Origin: Acidobacterium sp.
GTDB taxonomy: Bacteria > Acidobacteriota > Terriglobia > Terriglobales > Acidobacteriaceae
Reading direction: 5' to 3'
DNA: 42,879 nucleotides
Assembly (NCBI GenBank): GCA_003152595.1
Contig: PMAM01000345.1
Location: forward strand, 1-42,879
Of the stretch, positions 39,796 to 42,879 are shown piece by piece. The position numbers were made by a program, and so were the translations under genes. Under the pieces are notes generated by a model. It was not told where the DNA came from, searched no databases, and worked only from the letters and a program-made list of their open reading frames with translations. Numbering within the stretch: position 1 is the stretch's first letter; each line of letters begins with the position of its first letter.

Positions 39796-40827
39796 TTAAG
39801 CCACTGCTTTGGCCACCAACTCTTCGGCCGGTACGAAGTCCTGTTTCCTGCGGTCCACCGCGAGCATGTATGCCACCAGCTTTCTGGCTATCGCCATAGT
39901 GGCCCGATTCTTGTTCCCTCGCTGGATTTCCTTCTCCCGGAGCAGGGCCAGCTCGTGGGAGTACCGGGGCGCCAGCTTGGCGGCTTCCACCAGCACGTGC
40001 TGGATGTGCTTGTTCCTCTGCTTGGAAATCGGCGTGCGCATCACCTTGTCGGCAGAAGTCTTCTCAGCGCCGCATAGTCCGCAGTAGCTGATGGCTTCCT
40101 TCACCGATGGGAAGCGGGTGTAGTCTCCGATCTCCAGGGCCCAGGTCAGCGCGGTGATGGGGCCGACTCCGGGGATCGTCCTCAGCCGTCTCAGCCGCTC
40201 CGACAGCAGCGGATCCCGTTCCAGGGAACTGATCAGCGCACGATCCAGTCGCTGTCCCCGCAGGATGTGTTCGCGGCCAAGCCGAAGCAGGGGCCGGATA
40301 CTGTCGCTGATCTCCTCGTTGGTCGAAAACAGTTCAGTGAAGTAACCCATCTTGTGCAGTCGCTGCTTGTCATAGCTGACCCCACTTTCCATGAGCAGCC
40401 CCGATATACGGTTCTTCATCTGCACCGTCTGCCTTACCACCAGGTGCCGATAGCGCAACGTCCGGCGCCGGTCCCGGATCTCGGTCGAAGCCATGTGGCA
40501 CTCGGGCAGAAAGTCGCACCGCAGGCAGTCGGCGATCTTGCCGGCATCGATCCGGTCGTTCTTCTTCTTGGACGCGGCGATGGCCCGGAGCATCAGCGGA
40601 TGGGCCACCTTCACCTTCTCCGCATGCGGAAGCAGGTAATCGTAGATCCAGCCGGTGAAGATCGTCGCTTCCATGGCCATCATCCGGGGTTGCGGTAACG
40701 TCTGGATCCAGGCATCCAGTTCGCGCCGGGTCGATCCGATCTTGCCCTCCCGGTGCACATGACCAGCTGCATCCTTCACGCAATAGCTGATCGTCTTCTT
40801 GTGAACATCCAGTCCGATGTAATACAT
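39796..40827 (-). CDS. IS110 family transposase
   Basis: 343-aa ORF with the hallmark N-terminus MYYIGLDVHKKTISYCVKD (DEDD/RuvC-like domain) and a C-terminal Transposase_20-like region (LRTIPGVGPITALTWALEIGDYTRFPS...SYCGLCGAEKTSADK). Confidence 0.92.
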   Translation of the reverse strand: MYYIGLDVHKKTISYCVKDAAGHVHREGKIGSTRRELDAWIQTLPQPRMMAMEATIFTGWIYDYLLPHAEKVKVAHPLMLRAIAASKKKNDRIDAGKIADCLRCDFLPECHMASTEIRDRRRTLRYRHLVVRQTVQMKNRISGLLMESGVSYDKQRLHKMGYFTELFSTNEEISDSIRPLLRLGREHILRGQRLDRALISSLERDPLLSERLRRLRTIPGVGPITALTWALEIGDYTRFPSVKEAISYCGLCGAEKTSADKVMRTPISKQRNKHIQHVLVEAAKLAPRYSHELALLREKEIQRGNKNRATMAIARKLVAYMLAVDRRKQDFVPAEELVAKAVA

Positions 40828-40836
40828 ATCGTCTCT

Positions 40837-40913
40837 GAGGAGCCTCCGAGGTAGTTCTCTGAATCAGCCTCAAGGCTGAGTTCAGCCTTTCGCAACACCT
40901 CGTGCTCCTCCTC
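40837..40913 (-). promoter_or_regulatory. Structured 5' leader of the IS110 transposase (nested stem-loop including the RBS region)
   Basis: Read on the minus strand, the outer stems are GAGGAGC/GCTCCTC and CGAGGT/ACCTCG. They enclose an internal loop and an inner 11-bp bulged hairpin CTGAACTCAGCC-TTGA-GGCTGATTCAG (plus coordinates 40859-40885). The 3' strand ends 9 nt before the ATG. Confidence 0.5.
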
Positions 40914-41496
40914 GACTTAGCATTCAAACAATGCGCTCAGCGAAGCCGGATTAGCACTGAAATGTCGGCTTTTGACAACACAATCGAGAACCCCCGAGCG
41001 ACTTCAATCCCGCCTGCCGCGACATTCGCTTTATCTTCGCCTATACTGTCCGGATGTGGGATCCCTTCGCACCAATGCCTCGCATGAATCGAACGCTGGT
41101 CTACCTGGGCGCCTGCATTATCGCTGGGCTGAGGCTTGCGAGAGAGAAGCAGGTCAATGTCCGCGTGATCCCGACCAGCGCCGCGATTGAGGAATCCGTG
41201 GATCTTGCGCATGAGATATTCAATCGAGTCTTTCGCAGGGTGCCTGATCGAGTCGATGCCAAATAGATGCCGATGGCTTTCGGCGCAGATCACAGCCGTC
41301 GACTGAGGTTTACCAACGAATCAAACGAGCAGCGTCGCCCAGGATGTTGCGACCTGGATTCCCATTGGAATACAAGGCTGGAATGCTCGTTATAACCGCA
41401 GGGAATAACGGCCGCATCAGAAGTGATTGGACTTCGAAATAGTGCCGGGCTAGCTTTGCGCCATGCTGACGTTGCGAACGCCAGCGGAGGTGCAAA

Positions 41497-41823
41497 GTGA
41501 TCCCGATCCGTCGTTTCATCCGATTCTCCACCATCCCTGTTCGGGTGGATGTCCGCGTTGTCCTCGCACTTACGATTCTGCTGCTACCGCTTGCGACCCA
41601 GGCCCAGTCGAGCGGTTCACCCTTCGATACCGGCTTCACCGCCCTGCAGACTCTTTTCACCGGGACGATTGCCAAGGTCGCATCGCTGATCGCGATCGTG
41701 ATTGGCGGCTACGGCTTCGCACACGGCGAGCCCGGCGCGAAGAAGGCCCTCGCGGGCGTTGCCGCAGGTACCGGCATAGCGGTGCTGGCTGTCAACGTCC
41801 TGAGCTGGCTCTGGGGCGTATAA
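41497..41823 (+). CDS. trbC: TrbC/VirB2-family conjugative pilin
   Basis: 108-aa ORF (GTG with a GGAGG SD). It has a signal/leader (LALTILLLPLATQAQS) and two hydrophobic helices (TIAKVASLIAIVIGGYGF; ALAGVAAGTGIAVLAVNVLSWLWG) characteristic of VirB2/TrbC. Confidence 0.8.
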   Translation: MIPIRRFIRFSTIPVRVDVRVVLALTILLLPLATQAQSSGSPFDTGFTALQTLFTGTIAKVASLIAIVIGGYGFAHGEPGAKKALAGVAAGTGIAVLAVNVLSWLWGV

Positions 41824-41878
41824 GCCGCTTCCTCCCGCCGTTCATCGCCTTGACCTTGACGAATCGATGTGAGGGCTT

Positions 41879-42181
41879 ATGCAGAGCGACATTCAACCAA
41901 AACGCCGTACCAACCGGGTCTACAAGAGCCTGCATAAGCCGCTCACGTACCTGGGAGTTGAGCGCACTCTGTTCTATTTCGTCTGCGTAGGTGCCGTGGG
42001 TGCCTTCAACCTCTTCAACAGCCTGCTCGCGGGCGTGGCCGTGTTCATCGGCGGATTCGCCTTCGGCCACTGGGTGACGAACAGCGACCCGGCGTTCCTC
42101 CTCATTCTTGCCAGGTCGGAACGGTACAAGAGCCGGTACGACGCGGCGAAACAAAGCACTCCGCGGGTCGAGGTGATGTGA
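41879..42181 (+). CDS. trbD: TrbD/VirB3-family type IV secretion protein
   Basis: 100-aa ORF: RVYKSLHKPLTYLGVERTLFYFVCVGAVGAFNLF...FGHWVTNSDPAFLLIL, typical of VirB3/TrbD. Its stop overlaps the next ATG by 1 nt. Confidence 0.8.
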   Translation: MQSDIQPKRRTNRVYKSLHKPLTYLGVERTLFYFVCVGAVGAFNLFNSLLAGVAVFIGGFAFGHWVTNSDPAFLLILARSERYKSRYDAAKQSTPRVEVM

Positions 42182-42879
42182 TGCTCCGCCTCGACAGGGT
42201 CATCAAGCCGTGGAAGGAAGCAGCCGCACTCTGCGATCACATCAACCTGTACGGTTTCTGGAACGAGACGGCGTTCCTGACCAAGAGCGGCGACCTGGGC
42301 ATGGTGCTGAGCGTCGCCGGCGTGGACTACGAGAGTCTCGACCATGCCGAGCAGGAATACGCGGTGAAACGACTTGAGGCCGCACTGAAAGCGTTCGGCC
42401 CCGGCTTCCACGTCTACCAGTACCTCTTCAAATCGAACCGGCCGGAAATCCCGTTCGCCGACTACGAGAATCCTCTTGTGCAGGAGTCGGTGGACTACAG
42501 GCGTCGGTTCTTTGAGGAGAGGGCAGACAGGCTTTACGAGATCGAAATCTATTACTGCGTTCTCCTCGAAGGCTCACGGTCGAAGACCGGCGTCGGCGCA
42601 GCTCTGGCTCAGCTTTTCCGTGATCCGGCCGGAGCCGTGAACGAGCTGAAGACGCAGTTCACCAACAACGCCATGAAGACGCTTCTGCGCTCACAGATCG
42701 AGCGTGACCTGGCGCGCCTCGAACAATGCGCGCAGGCGTTCGCGCGTCAGCTCGCCGACTTCGTGCATATCGACGTTTTGAACCAGCGCGGCCAGTTCCG
42801 CTTCTTTCGGCGGCTGCTCAACTACGACGACTGGCGCATTGCGGGCCACCCAAAGGACACGCAGTTTCTCGACTACCAG
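42181..42879 (+). CDS. trbE: TrbE/VirB4-family type IV secretion ATPase, N-terminal 233 codons (continues beyond window)
   Basis: Open frame from the ATG at 42181 to the window end (not in the ORF track because it has no stop). MLRLDRVIKPWKEAAALCDHINLYGFWNETAFLTKSGDLGMVLSVAGVDYESLDH... matches the N-terminus of VirB4/TrbE. The order trbC-trbD-trbE is canonical. Confidence 0.8.
   Translation, partial: MLRLDRVIKPWKEAAALCDHINLYGFWNETAFLTKSGDLGMVLSVAGVDYESLDHAEQEYAVKRLEAALKAFGPGFHVYQYLFKSNRPEIPFADYENPLVQESVDYRRRFFEERADRLYEIEIYYCVLLEGSRSKTGVGAALAQLFRDPAGAVNELKTQFTNNAMKTLLRSQIERDLARLEQCAQAFARQLADFVHIDVLNQRGQFRFFRRLLNYDDWRIAGHPKDTQFLDYQ

Larger units (their letters stand above)
39499..40913 (-). 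mobile_element. IS110-family insertion sequence (ends approximate)
   Basis: Contains the IS110-type DEDD transposase gene plus structured non-coding flanks on both sides. IS110 elements lack classical terminal inverted repeats, so the ends cannot be fixed by eye. Confidence 0.6.
30392..42879. mobile_element. Accessory / putative integrative-conjugative element segment (left junction in fucP; right end beyond window)
   Basis: fucP homology breaks at about 30392. Everything to the right is defence-type, IS or conjugation (TrbC/D/E) genes. No integrase or terminal repeat for this element was found in the window. Confidence 0.5.

Noticed and set aside
40937-41293. 118-aa minus-strand ORF and overlapping 70-aa plus-strand ORF (41054-41266, MNRTLVYLGACIIAGLRLAREKQ...) upstream of trbC.
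   Set aside because: The two are mutually exclusive overlapping ORFs with no recognisable domains or clear RBS. The plus-strand one could be a small membrane protein of the T4SS module, but the evidence is insufficient.
41310-41675. 121-aa minus-strand ORF overlapping the trbC start.
   Set aside because: It is antisense to a well-supported pilin gene and its RBS, with no motifs.

Overview
High-GC bacterial chromosomal segment. Its gene content (carboxypeptidase-regulatory-domain TonB-dependent receptor, CRTAC1/ASPIC-UnbV FG-GAP proteins, TPR proteins, a CadC-like wHTH regulator, many secreted glycosidases) suggests Acidobacteriota, but that is inference only. Layout: (1) 0-3.6 kb: a TPR-CHAT caspase-like protease translationally coupled to an S41 peptidase with no visible signal peptide. 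(2) 3.6-8 kb: GH42 beta-galactosidase, ECF sigma / zinc anti-sigma pair, HxlR regulator. (3) 8.4-11.6 kb: a tRNA-Asn(GTT)-like element with an aberrant D-arm region, overlapped by the 3' end of a tyrosine integrase. Next to it is a wHTH-TM-malectin gene interrupted by two in-frame TGA codons. (4) 12.2-30.4 kb: a glycan/fucose utilisation locus with GH3, a 972-aa Tat-exported unknown protein, a TBDR behind a near-consensus promoter and a 14-bp palindrome, CRTAC1-TPR-CRTAC1, GH29 fucosidase, fucU, and only the 3' third of fucP. (5) From about 30.4 kb to the window end: an accessory/mobile segment that truncates fucP. It carries a SPARTA-type short Argonaute + TIR-APAZ operon and three co-directional uncharacterised nuclease-like/helical genes (a 457-aa PD-(D/E)xK-like protein, and a DUF4365-like protein split over two overlapping frames). 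It also carries a divergent SprT-like metalloprotease + DUF2971-like pair, an IS110-family IS with a structured leader, and the start of a TrbC/TrbD/TrbE (VirB2/3/4) type IV secretion module, which suggests an ICE. The strongest signal is the pAgo/TIR-APAZ operon. The most plausibly undescribed content is the nuclease-like gene set directly upstream of it. No CRISPR array, rRNA or intact canonical tRNA was seen. All domain calls are by-eye motif recognition, with no searches run.
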